Part shown: piece after piece, positions 13,346-25,654 of the stretch
How positions within the stretch are numbered: the stretch's first letter is position 1
Layout: every line of letters begins with the position of its first letter
NCBI RefSeq assembly: GCF_963921235.1
Contig: NC_086118.1
Coordinates: forward strand, 25,298,001-25,362,000
Direction of reading: 5' to 3'
From: Mobula hypostoma
Lineage: Eukaryota
DNA: 64,000 nt
The notes under the pieces: generated by a model
Database searches by the model: none
Told to the model about the DNA's origin: nothing
The model's input: the letters and a program-made list of their open reading frames with translations, nothing else
Translations under genes and position numbers: made by a program

Positions 13346-15519
13346 AATAGTTTGCCATGATAGGGCAATGGAATTTACATCAACCGAGAGATAAAATCAG
13401 CTTATTGGACTTGTGGCATAGTTCTAGTTTCCAAAATCTCCATTTTTTTTTAACATTGGGCCTGACTGAATGCCAACAGGTCCAAAGGGAACTCTAGGTA
13501 CCAGCCATTTAAAGATCAACTTGTCGAAGGCTGCCAAACCTGCATTGTCACAGGTAAATGTGCAAAATGAGCTGGACACATTCTGGTGTATTTTGATCCA
13601 TCACTGAACTCACAAGTTGAGCTCTGATCTATTAAGGAGAAGGGCCAGATACACTCTGCATTTTGTTCTCGGATTCACACCATGGAAGCCAGCATAAAAA
13701 TGGAAACCTCATCTATTGTGGAGGAAAGGAAATTTTAGATAAGTGCCTGCCTTACTTTTTTTTTGATTGCTAATTGCTAAATATTCTTAAATTACTTTCC
13801 TCATTTTTAAACAAGTGATTTTAAAATTATTTAAATTGGTTTGAATAATTTTTAAATGCCTCAAATAAAATACTATATTTGACACTGGTCAGTTGAAGGG
13901 TGGTCAGCTCTCTTCAGTCCTTGACATTCAGAAAAAGCAAGCCATTATGGGTATAGACCTTGAGTTATTGAGTTCAGGCAGGGAGCCTGATGTAGGAAGA
14001 TGCAGTTCAATAAGTTAATCATTTCCTTGGAATATAGCAAAAGCAGTGTTGTGTATTCATTAGCACAAACCTTATCTCCATTCCATGGGTGTTTTCATAT
14101 TGCAAAACAGGATCTATTTACAAGACAGCTTGAGCAACAACAAATAACAAAATCTGCGAGAGTTGACCAAGAGTTGCACTGAAGCATAGATTGTGCTGCA
14201 TGAATGTATTCATTGTTGTCCCTTCCCAGTTAATGCACAGCCTGACTGGAAGTTCCAGGCTGATTCGTCATGTGAGGCAAGCCAAGTAACACAAGTCCAA
14301 TTGAATAGTAGTAGGTCAGTTTGGATTTTTAGCAACTTTGTATAGACAAGATACACCTTAGCGATCTTCTGCTCTTTGGGCTGGGGCTTTCAATATTGTA
14401 GCTGTACTGAAACAGCTTGGTTATAGGTATTGTTGGACCCGGAGTAGGCCACTATAACTGCAACCAGGACCTTGTTATGGTTCATGGTTTTTCTATGCCC
14501 AATAGACTGTCGTACTTTGGATGTCACAAGGAGTGAAACAATTTGCTAAAGCCAGGTACTATGATATTAGGCACTCGGGGAAGGTAGTCAAGAAAGGTCA
14601 TCCACTAGGTTCAAGGTTATGTGCACCATTTCCAGATTAGTTCGTATCTTATCCTGCACAGTGGGAGGGACATACACTCAGGGTTATTTCTGAAGCATAT
14701 GATGAGATATAATGTAAATACAAATTTCTATTTTCATATGAAATTCAGAAACAAGAGTGTCGGAACAAAGAAGCATCAACCATTCCCATGGCATGATGTA
14801 TTGCACGGTAGTACCATTTCTAAGTTCTTTGTTATCGAATGAAATAATTAACCACAGCTCTTTGTTTGAATATTTCTGTTTATGCTGATCTGCCTTGCAG
14901 CTGGCAAAGAATGGAAGGTTACATCCACCCTTGTGTGCTGGAATTGAAACCAAATTCTTGAAGTAAACTACCACTGCATTCATTCATTATCTCACCCAAG
15001 ATATCACAACTGTTACTTTGACAGATACAGCACATTTATCTCCCAGATGACACCTAGTTTAATGAACATTGGTGCAGATTGCATTAGAAGTAAGTCTCAC
15101 ACCGTTGGAATATGTAATACATTTTCATGAAACCAAATAATTTGCCAACCTGAACTATGGTGTTTGCCATTCTATATATACATGGTGCTGAAGAAGTAAA
15201 CAACTAGCAGAAGGAAGTTTTGTTAATATTCCTATCATTTATGATTATTAAACCATCATGTGATTCCCAAAGACAAGGGTAAACCATTTGCTAGTTTATT
15301 CAGCCGGGAATGTAGAGTCTTCCTATCTAAGTCTTCCTTTGTGATCCCCAGCACCTTAGATCTTTGTCATATTCAGTTCATTCCATGTAATATCAAGAAA
15401 ATCCTTAGCAAAGATTCTGGATCCTGATGACATCCCAGCTGTAGCACTGACTGTTCTCTACAGCTAACCGCACCTATAGCCAACCTGTTTTAGTAAAGTT
15501 GCAATGTAGAATCTTTCTG

Positions 15520-16700
15520 GCAACATTCAAATTGCCCCAGGCAGATCCTATCCAATAAAATAAAATCAAGTCCAATTCAATTACAGTATTTACAACATTT
15601 TCAATTAACCTCACAATCGTCAGCAAAGTGATTAAAGAAGACATCAAGAGGCTATGATGAGGCATGAATCATTCTGCTCACTGCTGCTCAGTTTGTATTC
15701 TTCTTGGGTTATTCAGCTCCAGAGCTTTGTCAGACTCTGGGTAAAAATGTGGATGAAAGAGTCAAATTCTAGAGGGTGATGTGAGAATTGACTTCTCTTG
15801 ATATTAAAACATTTTATTGGATGTCATCGAGGAGCAGTAGCGGGAGTCAATAAAGATCAGAGGCAATGTCCTCAGTAATGTCTCCAATCGCTATGGTTTC
15901 CAATAACAAATGATCTCTGCCCCAGAATACCATGAAAGGAGTCCCTTACAACAAGTTGTCTGCTGAACTAACTTGAGTCTGTTTAGCAATGGCATTCCCT
16001 CCAACACAATACTGTATATTAATGATTGAGCAATTTCAGTTTCAGCTATTCAGATAATGAAGATGTCCATATCCTTTTGAACAAGGCATGAAGAACATCT
16101 AAATTTGGCCTATAAATAGCAGCTGATATTTATGTCAGAGGAGGCACAAGAGACTGCAGGTACTAGAAGGAAAAGCAAACTTCTGGAGGAACGTAGCAGA
16201 CTGGGCTCATCTGTGGAGGGAGAGGGAAATGACAGGCAATATTTCAAGGTGAAATAATCTGATTTCAACCTGAAACATCCACTGTCCATTTCCCTTTCTC
16301 TCCATAGATACTGCCTGATTGGCTGAGTTCCTCCAGCACTTTATTTTTTTTCCCAGCTGTTGCTGAAATTCCAACCTTTTTGATCCTGAGTTACTGGCCA
16401 GAATCTCAACTGAACCCAGCACATCAATGCTATATTTAAGTTTTTTTTAATGGATAGCAGCTCAACCTTTGACTCTGCAAAACCGTGCCAGCATCTACAA
16501 GTCACAAGCATTAAATACCTTCCATCCCATGGGACAGGTACCTGTAAGAAAACTCTCAATAATCTCCGCAGGTTAACTAGCAGCAGTTCTACCGCCTTAG
16601 AATCCACTGTCTCTACCACCAAAGAAGCCTTGACAAGTAACTGCATTATGTACTATCAAAAAAAATTGCCAAGGTTTCTGTGTTAGTTCATTATAAATCT
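15520..16700 (+). mobile_element. Very old CR1/L2-group LINE remnants, interrupted by a fold-back element
   Basis: Weak resemblance to the KSNP..YRPISL..SKVM region (~15560-15640) and to LINE C-terminal sequence (~16450-16690). Confidence 0.35.
16140..16350. mobile_element. Fold-back (palindromic) element made of two inverted Penelope terminal repeats
   Basis: 16183-16249 is an approximate reverse complement of about 16269-16337. The arms converge on the 3' halves of the hammerhead. Confidence 0.8.
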
Positions 16701-17249
16701 GTTGTCTCAACTTTTCATAGCTTAGACAGTGCGTTTATTGTGCTTCAGTATCATGAAGCTGGTCTCCATACAGGTACTTGGAGCTCCTCAATAGCATGCC
16801 ATACAGCAAGTCCACACGATAGATTATCACCGGCTTCATGGTGAAGGACCAAGGATGGGTTTGGCCTCGACAGGCATGCGACATCCATTTATTTAACAAA
16901 ACACTAAGGCCACCCGGATTTATGGAACAAAAATATTCCTTTTAATTGACATCGGAATTTTCAACTAGTGCAACAATGCTTGGCGCGTTTTGCATCTTTT
17001 TTTACCAGCAGTCTCCAGGGTGTTGTTTTCTCTGACATCCATAATCAATTTTGTCCGTAAAATACACAAAAATCACTTGATATAGTAACCACAATGTTGC
17101 AGTGAATGGCATCAAGCGCACAGAAAAATGAATTGAAAGAGCAATTACTACAAGTGAAGGGGAGTGCTGGGGGCAGGAACCAGCTCTGCCACAAGTTGGA
17201 AACTACGTTGGACTGTTGAATTCAATAATATTCCGGGGGCGACATAAAC

Positions 17250-17285
17250 AGTCCTGATGAAGGACTACGGCCCGAAACGTCCACT
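17250..17285 (+). ncRNA. Minimal type I hammerhead ribozyme motif in a solo Penelope terminal repeat (17250-17370)
   Basis: AGTC-CTGATGA-AGG actacggc CC-GAAAC-GTC-CACT. The core is intact, stem II is short and stem I has one mismatch. Confidence 0.7.
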
Positions 17286-17795
17286 ATTTTTTCCTCTCCT
17301 TAGACGCTGCCTGGCCTGCTGAATTTCCCCAGCACAGTATAAAATTTCCAGCATTTGCAAAATCTCTTTCGTATATATTATGGGAGCGCGTTCATTTGAA
17401 TGGAGTCCCCTAAAGTCGGGCTTTGGCGACCCGGGAACAAGTTGTATTATACAGTACGTGCATTTAAATTTGCATTATGCCTCTTTGTCTCCTCTCTCAA
17501 ATGTCGAATAATTCTGAAATAGAATGAATGCGCCATGCGGAAAGCGTCATCGCACAGACAGTATTGAGAGAGGTTTAGCGGAACCAGGTAGAAAACCAGG
17601 GAAGCCTGACAAATCCCAGCTTCTCTCCTTAGCATTGCAGTGATTAGAACATGTCTTTGAACTCTAGTCCAGAGGCACTACATTTGAAAATATCTCGGTA
17701 GTAACGTCGCCCATAGCCAGTGAAATCCTGAAATAATTAATGAATTTGCCGAGCTAACACCGCTGTACAACAGCATAAAGTTAATGTTAAAAACG

Positions 17796-17801
17796 TTTAT
17801 T
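17796..17801 (-). terminator. Candidate polyadenylation signal of RNF222
   Basis: AATAAA on the minus strand about 500 nt after the stop codon, at the end of an AT-rich, repeat-free stretch. Confidence 0.45.
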
Positions 17802-18300
17802 ACGGCGTGTGCTACGCATATTGTAGACAGTGGGATATTTTATATTTGTGCAAAAAACTAGTATATTCAAGTGTAACAAATGCTCAGAATTTAAGAGTGA
17901 GGTTTTGATTCATTTACCAATGTTAAATATGAATTCTTAAATCAACTCGGTACAACTCACCCGTTTATAACAGCTACGCAAGATATTTATAGTTAGAACA
18001 AATTGTCAATAAAATTAGTTTTACCCTTTTGAAGAGTAAGCAAATACCCACAATTTTAATATTTACAGTTGAAAAAAATATTGCTTTGTAAAAGCCCTGT
18101 ACAAGTGCAATTTGTATTTCCTGTAATCGGCCCGTGCTTCTCAAAGAGTTGCTGAAGAAGTTATTTCTTTATAAAGTAGAGCAAAGATAGAACAGGTGAG
18201 TACATCTCCACATAAATCCTCTTTTTTTTGTTGCGTCTGGTGAAAGGAAGTTTACAAGTACAGTACATGCCACCGCAGCCGCCGAAGTGCTGGGCGTCAG

Positions 18301-18879
18301 TCACTTGAAGGAGGTGACCCAGGGCAGGATGGCAGCGATCACGGCCCCGATGATGATGAAGCAGAGCAGCACCAGCACCCAGCGCAATCTACAGCGCCGG
18401 GGCTCCAAGACCACCGGCGCGCCGGGAGCCCGCACCTCCTCCTCGCTCATCGGCCTGCCCCGGCCGCTGATCACAAAAATCCGGCTGGTGTGCAGTGCTG
18501 GATTCCGAGACGGGGATAAAGTCCGCGGGCAGGAGCAGAACAAACGGCGCAGGAGCGAGGGCTGGTGCGGGGGTATCGTCCCAGGAGATTCCGGCGGCAG
18601 GCTCTCCGGCTCCGAGGGGGTGGGCGACATCGGGATCTCCAGCGTCTGCTTGCCCTCTTTGCTCATGATGATCCATGCTATGCTCCGTCTGTGCAGGAAG
18701 GTGACATGCCGGCAAACGGGGCACACCACCTTCTTGGGCTGCCCCTCCTGGCTGATAATCGTCTTGACCAGGCAGTCGTGGCAGAAGACATGTTTGCACG
18801 TCAGGGTCCGTGGCGACTGGGTCTGGCGGGTCAACTTCTCATAACAAACGGGGCATTCGGACACTGCCTCTTCCGACAT
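18301..18879 (-). CDS. RNF222: RING finger protein 222-like tail-anchored E3 ubiquitin ligase (192 aa, single coding exon)
   Basis: C3HC4 RING (ECPVCYEK...CKHVFCHDCLVK...VCPVCRHVTFL), Pro-rich linker, SRIFVISGRGRPM motif and a C-terminal TM helix ending AAILPWV. These match my recollection of vertebrate RNF222. The first ATG (agcagcATG) is at 18879; the ORF-track start at 18960 is non-ATG. Confidence 0.93.
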   Translation of the reverse strand: MSEEAVSECPVCYEKLTRQTQSPRTLTCKHVFCHDCLVKTIISQEGQPKKVVCPVCRHVTFLHRRSIAWIIMSKEGKQTLEIPMSPTPSEPESLPPESPGTIPPHQPSLLRRLFCSCPRTLSPSRNPALHTSRIFVISGRGRPMSEEEVRAPGAPVVLEPRRCRLRWVLVLLCFIIIGAVIAAILPWVTSFK

Positions 18880-19037
18880 GCTGCTCAGGCAGCCTCCCCT
18901 CCCGCCGCTCCCAACTCTCTCGGCAGTCCCGCTCTTGGTGCCAGACAGAGGCAAAGCCAAAAATCCAAGATAGCCTTTCGCTTGGTGTCTCTTTCACAGA
19001 CGTCGAGCCTTGCGTTGTCAGGAGTGCATTGATGAGG

Positions 19038-19053
19038 CACCTGGCTTATAAAT
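19038..19053 (-). promoter_or_regulatory. Candidate TATA-like box and E-box upstream of RNF222
   Basis: Minus-strand TTTATAAG followed by CAGGTG, about 170 bp upstream of the ATG at the edge of the CpG island. Confidence 0.35.
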
Positions 19054-19516
19054 GCATATTACTATCCGCATTCCACAACCAAGTCGGTGAAGTGGAGGTT
19101 TGTGCCCCTGGCAGGTGATCAGCGCTCCAGTCTTGTTGAACTTGTTCAGCAACCAACCCATTTTTTAGCCTCCTCTCTGAGCAATGGAGCGGCTCTGAGG
19201 AAGCGCAAGTGGAATCCTTCGCTTACCGTATTTTTCGGAGCATGAGCTGCTCAGAATTCTGGAGCCAAAGTTCACACCCCAGGGAACAGACGTGGCTTTT
19301 GATGGTCATGACAGATTCACGGCTGCTATAATCCGATACTACAACGGCAGTGTTTATTTCTCAAGGTACCGATTGTGTCTGCACATCCCAATTGTTTTAT
19401 TTCCTAAGTGGCGAGAAAATAACATCAATTTTTGGCATGTTTTGCGAACTATTTCTGGTCCAGGACAGGACACTGATGAATTAAGCAGACCCGGTTTCTG
19501 TTGACCATGGGTCCGA

Positions 19517-19925
19517 TCCACACAAAGTGCTGGAGGAACTCAGCAAGTCAAGCGAAGGGAAGGAATTAAGAGCCGACTTTTCGGGCCGAGAGCCTTCATC
19601 CGGCATTTTGTGTCTTACTCTGGATTTCCAGCATCTGCAGAATATCTTATGTTTATGGGTTCCGATCCATTTCTGATGAACTTCGACCCAAAATTTCGAC
19701 TGTCCATTTCCCTTCACAGACGCTGCCCGACCTAGGCAGCAGTTTGTTGGCTCCAAGTCCCATCATCTGCAGGCTGATGTGCCCTTGTGCATCCAGTTTC
19801 TTTATACCACTTCCCAGAAAACGACAAAAGTTGGAACTCGGAGCAGCAAACAAGCTGCTCACCCAGCCGAGCAGCGACTGTGGAGAGAAAGAACTCAGTT
19901 CTGATGCAGGGTCCCGATACCAAAC
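19517..19925. mobile_element. Cluster of short Penelope-terminus fold-back elements with decayed hammerheads
   Basis: Minus-strand GCCGGATGAAGGCTCTCGGCCCGAAAAGTCGGCT at 19571-19604, plus-strand CTGATGAA...CGACTG near 19672, and another arm near 19890-19925. Confidence 0.7.
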
Positions 19926-22479
19926 GTGGACGTGGACGATTTTTCTCCCCACCGTACACCCCCCCCCCACACACACACACACACGTACAGTTCAACCCCA
20001 TCGGACTTCTTCCAGGAAATTGTATGTCTTTTCATTTCTTAGTTGGGATGATAGTACCTTAAAATTACTATAAACTGGAGGAATGTGATCCCGGGCAGTC
20101 GATGAGATTTCAGTTGAGTTTTCTTTTCCAGATCTAGAAGCCTTAAAAGCAGCGGGCATGTCTTGTCACTTATTTTCAAAACTTGTAAAAAGTTGGATAA
20201 GTATCTGAAGTCTGAGACAACCGCTAACTAAGTGCAATTCTTGATTTAACGGCGAAAGGGGAATCTCACACGGAAATATGATTAGACTTAACAATTCACT
20301 TGTAACCGCAAAAGGCAATTACTTCTCTAAAGTTCGTTTGGGAAGGTGTATGTCCTCATTGTCTTTTGGAGTTTACTTTGGTGTCAGTCCAACCATGTGT
20401 GACACGTTCTGAATACCTTCAGGGAAATGGGGATGGAAAATAGAGGTCGTTGCTGTTGCCTACATTCCAAGTACACTATATTAAACAATAAATTTAAATT
20501 TTGCACATAATACTCCCGTTCAGTTTATTGTTTGAATGCAGGTACTCCACCAGGCAAAAGCCGAAGTTGAGTTTAGTTTCAGTGATGTAAAGTGGGAGTG
20601 TTATAATGGATGAACAGAACCGCACAATTGGACCTCAAGTTAAAGTTTGAAGATGTAAATACAGATAATTAAATTTTAGTAAACATCCTTCTAGTTTATG
20701 GTGTTGAAATCAGCAATCAATACGGCACAAGCAGACCTGTCCCAGCTCTGGGGCAGTGATTTATTTACAATTACAGACTGCCGACCGTTATTTTGACAAG
20801 GTATTAAACAGTACTCTATTGGCAAAGTTTTCGATCTCTCTGTGAAAGGTAAGAAGGGGGGCATATAAATGCAGGTCTTTCTTTCAATCTCACACATAAT
20901 GCTGACTTTCCAGTAGTGCTTTAGATAGTCTCATACCATCATCTGTTTCAAGATCTTAACTACTTATCCTTCAACCAATGTAATAGTGTCAGCAGTAGGA
21001 ATAATTACAGTCTGCTTTGACAAGTCTTGAAAAGCATACTGTTCATAGCCAGACACTGATGCCGTTTGGGGAAAAAAAAGCAAGTACCAGTCTGACATGG
21101 AGACGAAATTCCGGAAGTACAGAACTCTAACCGATTAGTAGCAAGTCACTACCAAATCCTATGTCAGTCAAATTTAGATTCTTCATGTAATACTTCTGTC
21201 ATGTTTCATTTATATTACTTTATTTTTTATTATGATATTTTTGGGTTAAGTAGGATTAAACTACAAACATGATATTAGATCAACAAAACTAAAGACCGGG
21301 AGTTTAAGTTCTGAAATGTTGTACGTACGTATTTAGTTACTCAGTTTTAGTCAGTTCCCTTCCATATCAGGATGGTCAGCAAAATTAAATATTTTAGATT
21401 TGTGTGGATCAAGGTTGTTGATTATGAACACTGTATGTAAAATAAAAGTCTGAGCATCTTTTAATGAAACCAGGACTGTCAACATGAAGAAATTACTGCC
21501 CAAGGTTGAATAATAGTAATTTAACAATTTAAGCATGTCTTGGAATGTGACTGAAATTGGATGTAAAATAATAAAAATTCAGCAAGTTTAAAGTTTATGA
21601 AATAAAAGAAGTTTCCCTTTTGATTTGAAAATATAACCATTTGTTACTCAAACTCTGCAGAAGGCACAGATATAAATTCATCTATGATCACAAGAGTCTT
21701 GAAATTAACACTCCAACTTAAAAAGTGTAGAATTACATTTGAGTATAGGTTGCTATAGTTTAGTGACAGGACTGTAGGGCGATTAGGAATGGAAAACTAA
21801 TTCTGACCTTGCTGGAAATATCCCTATTCTCACATTTTGCAAATTTTCTTATGAAATAGAGGAAGGCCATTTAGCTGGTGCCAGCTCTCTGAACAGTCCC
21901 ATTAAACCCACCCTTGTACTTCCCTTGCCTTAATCTTATTTCCTCCCCCCACCATCCAAAACTTTCTCTAGGAGTCAAAGATATTTTTAACAAATATGAA
22001 CTGATACAAGTTCTTGTAGCATCTGCTGACCTCAGATATAAAATTTTGAATGCACACACTGCATTCTCAAAGTCTGCACCACAAGGAAACTTTGTTATTA
22101 AATCTACTCCAAATACTTCATGTAAATTACTTATGACATTTCAGGAAGTCAACGTGCATGCATTTCATATTTGCAGAACGTACCAAAAAATAAGATGATT
22201 TTAGATTCTCGTTAATGTAAAAGCCTAGATGTCCAGCAAATGTATGAGAATTGTAACAGTATCTGCAAAGGGTTTGGCAGATTCAAATATAGATCTATAG
22301 ATTATATAGGATTGCAAATCTTGAAATAATAAAAAAGGTAAATTCAAAAGCTGGAAATTTGAAGCATAAACAGAAAATGAAAAATTTGCTTCTTCCAGTC
22401 TGGTGTACTGCATTTTCTCTTCATATTGTTTTCTCCTCTCCATCAGAGAAATTAAATTCAATTAGGGTGATTTCTTTGT

Positions 22480-23170
22480 GGAGTAACAGCATTCAGTCCA
22501 CAGGTATTGCCTGCCACTTTAATATTCCATCCACTATCATTTTGATATTTCTGACTGCGATCTCCTGTACTGTTATAACAAGGTTCGACCCAAGTCTGAG
22601 GAACAACACTTTATCTTTCAATAACCACCTTGTAGCATTCCAGACTCAATATAGAAGTCGACAACTTCAACTAATTAACATTCTTGTTGGTATTATTCAC
22701 ACTTTAACTGCCTTCATTAACACAACCATCTCAACTTCTTAACTGCATAGCACATTATTTGAAAAAAGAAGCTTAACTACCACTTAACAGCCAAATAATC
22801 TCATCCTGTCAGAGGCATCTCCTTCATTCTATCCATTTCCCTCCTCTACCGTCTCTGTTACTTCAAACAACTTGTGGGTGTGTCTCTCTCTCAATTCTGA
22901 TGAAGAGTCCAAGACCCTGAAAAATCAGTCTCTCTTTTCAGGAGTGACACTTTTTTCCAACACTTTCACACTTTGTCTTCACAGCAATTATCATTATCAC
23001 AGAGAACTCCTTGCCTCCTGCTGCCCTTCCTGCCTTCTCTGCAATTTCAAACAACCCTTGGTTTTCTCTCTTTCCCAGTTTTGACAAATGGCTGTGACCT
23101 GGGATATTAATTCTGTTTATCTTTGCTCAGATACTGTCTGATCTCTTGATCACTTCCATCATTTTCTATT
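22480..23170 (+). mobile_element. Old Penelope-like fragment with tandem degenerate terminal repeats
   Basis: gaggaacaacactttatcttt matches the EEQHLIF region of the younger copies. Two related units end in ttctgatgaagagtc and ttttgacaaatggctg. Confidence 0.55.
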
Positions 23171-23505
23171 ACAGAAAATGCGAACAAATGTTATCTGAAT
23201 TGCTATGCTCTGACACTGGCTTCAGAAAAATAACATTTTTGCCATCTGCTTCATCCTTAAAGTGAATTGGATGGTGCAAAGTTGTTGCGCATACATGGAC
23301 TAAAGTTACCATGGGATGTTCAGACTTTGTCAGTTTAGTCTATGCACTTTGCGGGACAGGGTCACTTTGTTAATTGCTGCATTGAAGTTTCTTGAATAAT
23401 GAACATTAGCAATAACAATAGAATGCATTTCTCCAGATCCTAGATGTTGTAATTTATTTCAGAAAGAAAAACTTAGTATTTTCTCTGTAAACTTTCTCTG
23501 CATTT

Positions 23506-24553
23506 ACGGAGAACCATTAAGTTCTCCGTAACTTCCGCCACCTCCAACGGGATCCCATCACTAAGCACATCTTTCCCTCCCCCCCCCTTTCTGCTTTCCA
23601 CAGTGATCGCTCCCTACGTGACTCCCTTGTCCATTCGTCCCCCCAATCCCTCCCCACTGATCTCCCTCCTGGCACTTATCCTTGTAAGCAGAACAAGTGC
23701 TACACATGCCCTTACACATCCTCCCTCGCCACCATTCAGGGCCCCAGACAGTCCTTCCAGGTGAGGCGACACTTCACCTGTGAGTCGGCTGGGGTGATAT
23801 ACTGCGTCCGGTGCTCCTGATGTGGTCTTCTATATATTGGTGAGACCCGACGCAGACTGGGAGATCGTCTCGCTGAACACCTACGCTCTGTCCGCCAGAG
23901 AAAGCAGGATCTTCCAGTGGCCACACATTTTAATTTCACGTCCCATTCCCATTTTGATATGTCTATCCACGGCCTCCTCTACTGTAAAGATGATGCCACA
24001 CTCAGGTTGGAAGAACAACACCTTATATTCCGTCTGGGTAGCCTCCAACCTGATGGCATGAACATTGACTTCTCAAACTTCCACTAATGCCCCACTTCCC
24101 CCTCGTACCCCATCCGTTATTTATTTATTTATTTATTTATTTATATACACACATTCTTCTTCTCTCTCTCTTTTTTCTCCCTCTGTCCCCCTCACTATAC
24201 CCCTTGCCCATTCTCTGTTTTTCCTCCCTCCCCTTTTCTTTCTCCCTCGGCCTCCTGTCCCATGATCCTCTCATATCCCTTTTGCCAATCACTTGTCCAG
24301 CTCTTGGCTCAATCCCTCCCCCTCCTGTCTTCTCCTATCATTTCAGATCTCCCCTTCCCCCTCCCACTTTCAAATCTCTTACTAGCTCTTCTTTCAGTTA
24401 GTCCTGACGAACGTAATTAGAAGTAAAATAATTGATCAAATATTACTATGTCAAATCATCTGGTTTGCTGTCTCGGCTCAAAACGTCGACTGTACCTCTT
24501 CCTAGAGATGCTGCCTGGCCTGCTGCGTTCACCAGCAACTTTTACATGTGTTG
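23506..24553 (+). mobile_element. Young 5'-truncated Penelope-like element
   Basis: Nearly intact GIY-YIG frame (GPRQSFQVRRHFTCESAGVIYCVRCS*CGLLYIGETRRRLGDR...EEQHLIFRLGSLQPDGMN). Probable TSD ctctgcattt (23496-23505) / ctctgtattt (24554-24563). Confidence 0.93.
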
Positions 24554-25654
24554 CTCTGTATTTCTTTGTAATGTGGCTCTCTTTCAATATTTATTTTCTG
24601 CCTATTTTTAATTCACATCTGATTTAACATTGAATTAACCCGCTCTAATTTACACTTCTTTTGCTGTCCATATGTTATGAATATTATAGTCTTCCAATCT
24701 GATTAATTGAAGCTTTCCTGTAACACAAGTCCCAGTTCTCCTTAATGTGACATTATCAGTTCTCACTTTTTGCAAGTTCCATTGCATACATTTAGAAATA
24801 TCTTCAAATATGGATGGTGGGTTTAGCAAATAACAGCAAACCAGATGATTTGATATAGTAATATTTGATCAATTATTTTACTTCTAATTATGTTCTGGTG
24901 GCGAATATTCAAAATCTTTATCACATTGATTGACAAAGCCGTATTTAGATATTTAGACTTGATGACGGGTCTCGGCTCAAAATTTTGACCGTACTCTTTT
25001 CCATAAGATGCTGCCTGGTCTCCTGAGTTCCTCTACCTTTTTGTGTGTGTTGATTGTTTTTCCAGCATCTGCAGATTTTCTCTTGTTAGATACTTAGACT
25101 TGTGTGTTTTATGTTATGCTAACACTGAAATAAGGAAAAACATGGAATGGATCAAATAAACAAAGAAAAATGTACCACCAACAACAATAAACGACAATAA
25201 AAAACAATAAAATAAATTGTGTTTGTACAACATCTTTAGTGTTGTAAAATGTCACAGGGCATTACACAGGAGCATTTTCAAGCAAAATCTGGTCCTGTTG
25301 TACAAAAGGTGTTTGGTGAGGTAATGGTTAAAAAAGGACTTATTAAGAATTAGGTGAAAGGACAATAATGAGATTTAAGCAGTTACAGATGTTATAAAAT
25401 GAGAATGAATGCATTGGGATTTTCAGGGTACTGGTACGTTCTGCTTCGACATTTGCTTGTTTAACTTTATGTTTTCAAGTTTCAATTTCAGTGCCCGGAG
25501 CCTCTCTAGTAATAAGTAACTGAGGCAGGTTACAGAATATGCATTCATCAAGGCTGATGGATGAAATGAATAACTGATCAAAGCATTGGGGCTGATAGTC
25601 CATCCTGTCATTCCTTGAGTGCCTATACTGTAGCTTCCTCTTACCTCCGACTCC

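Noticed and set aside
18287..19118. Long overlapping ORFs around RNF222, and the 27-aa N-terminal extension to 18960
   Set aside because: These are shadow frames of a GC-rich CDS, and the extension begins at a non-ATG codon.
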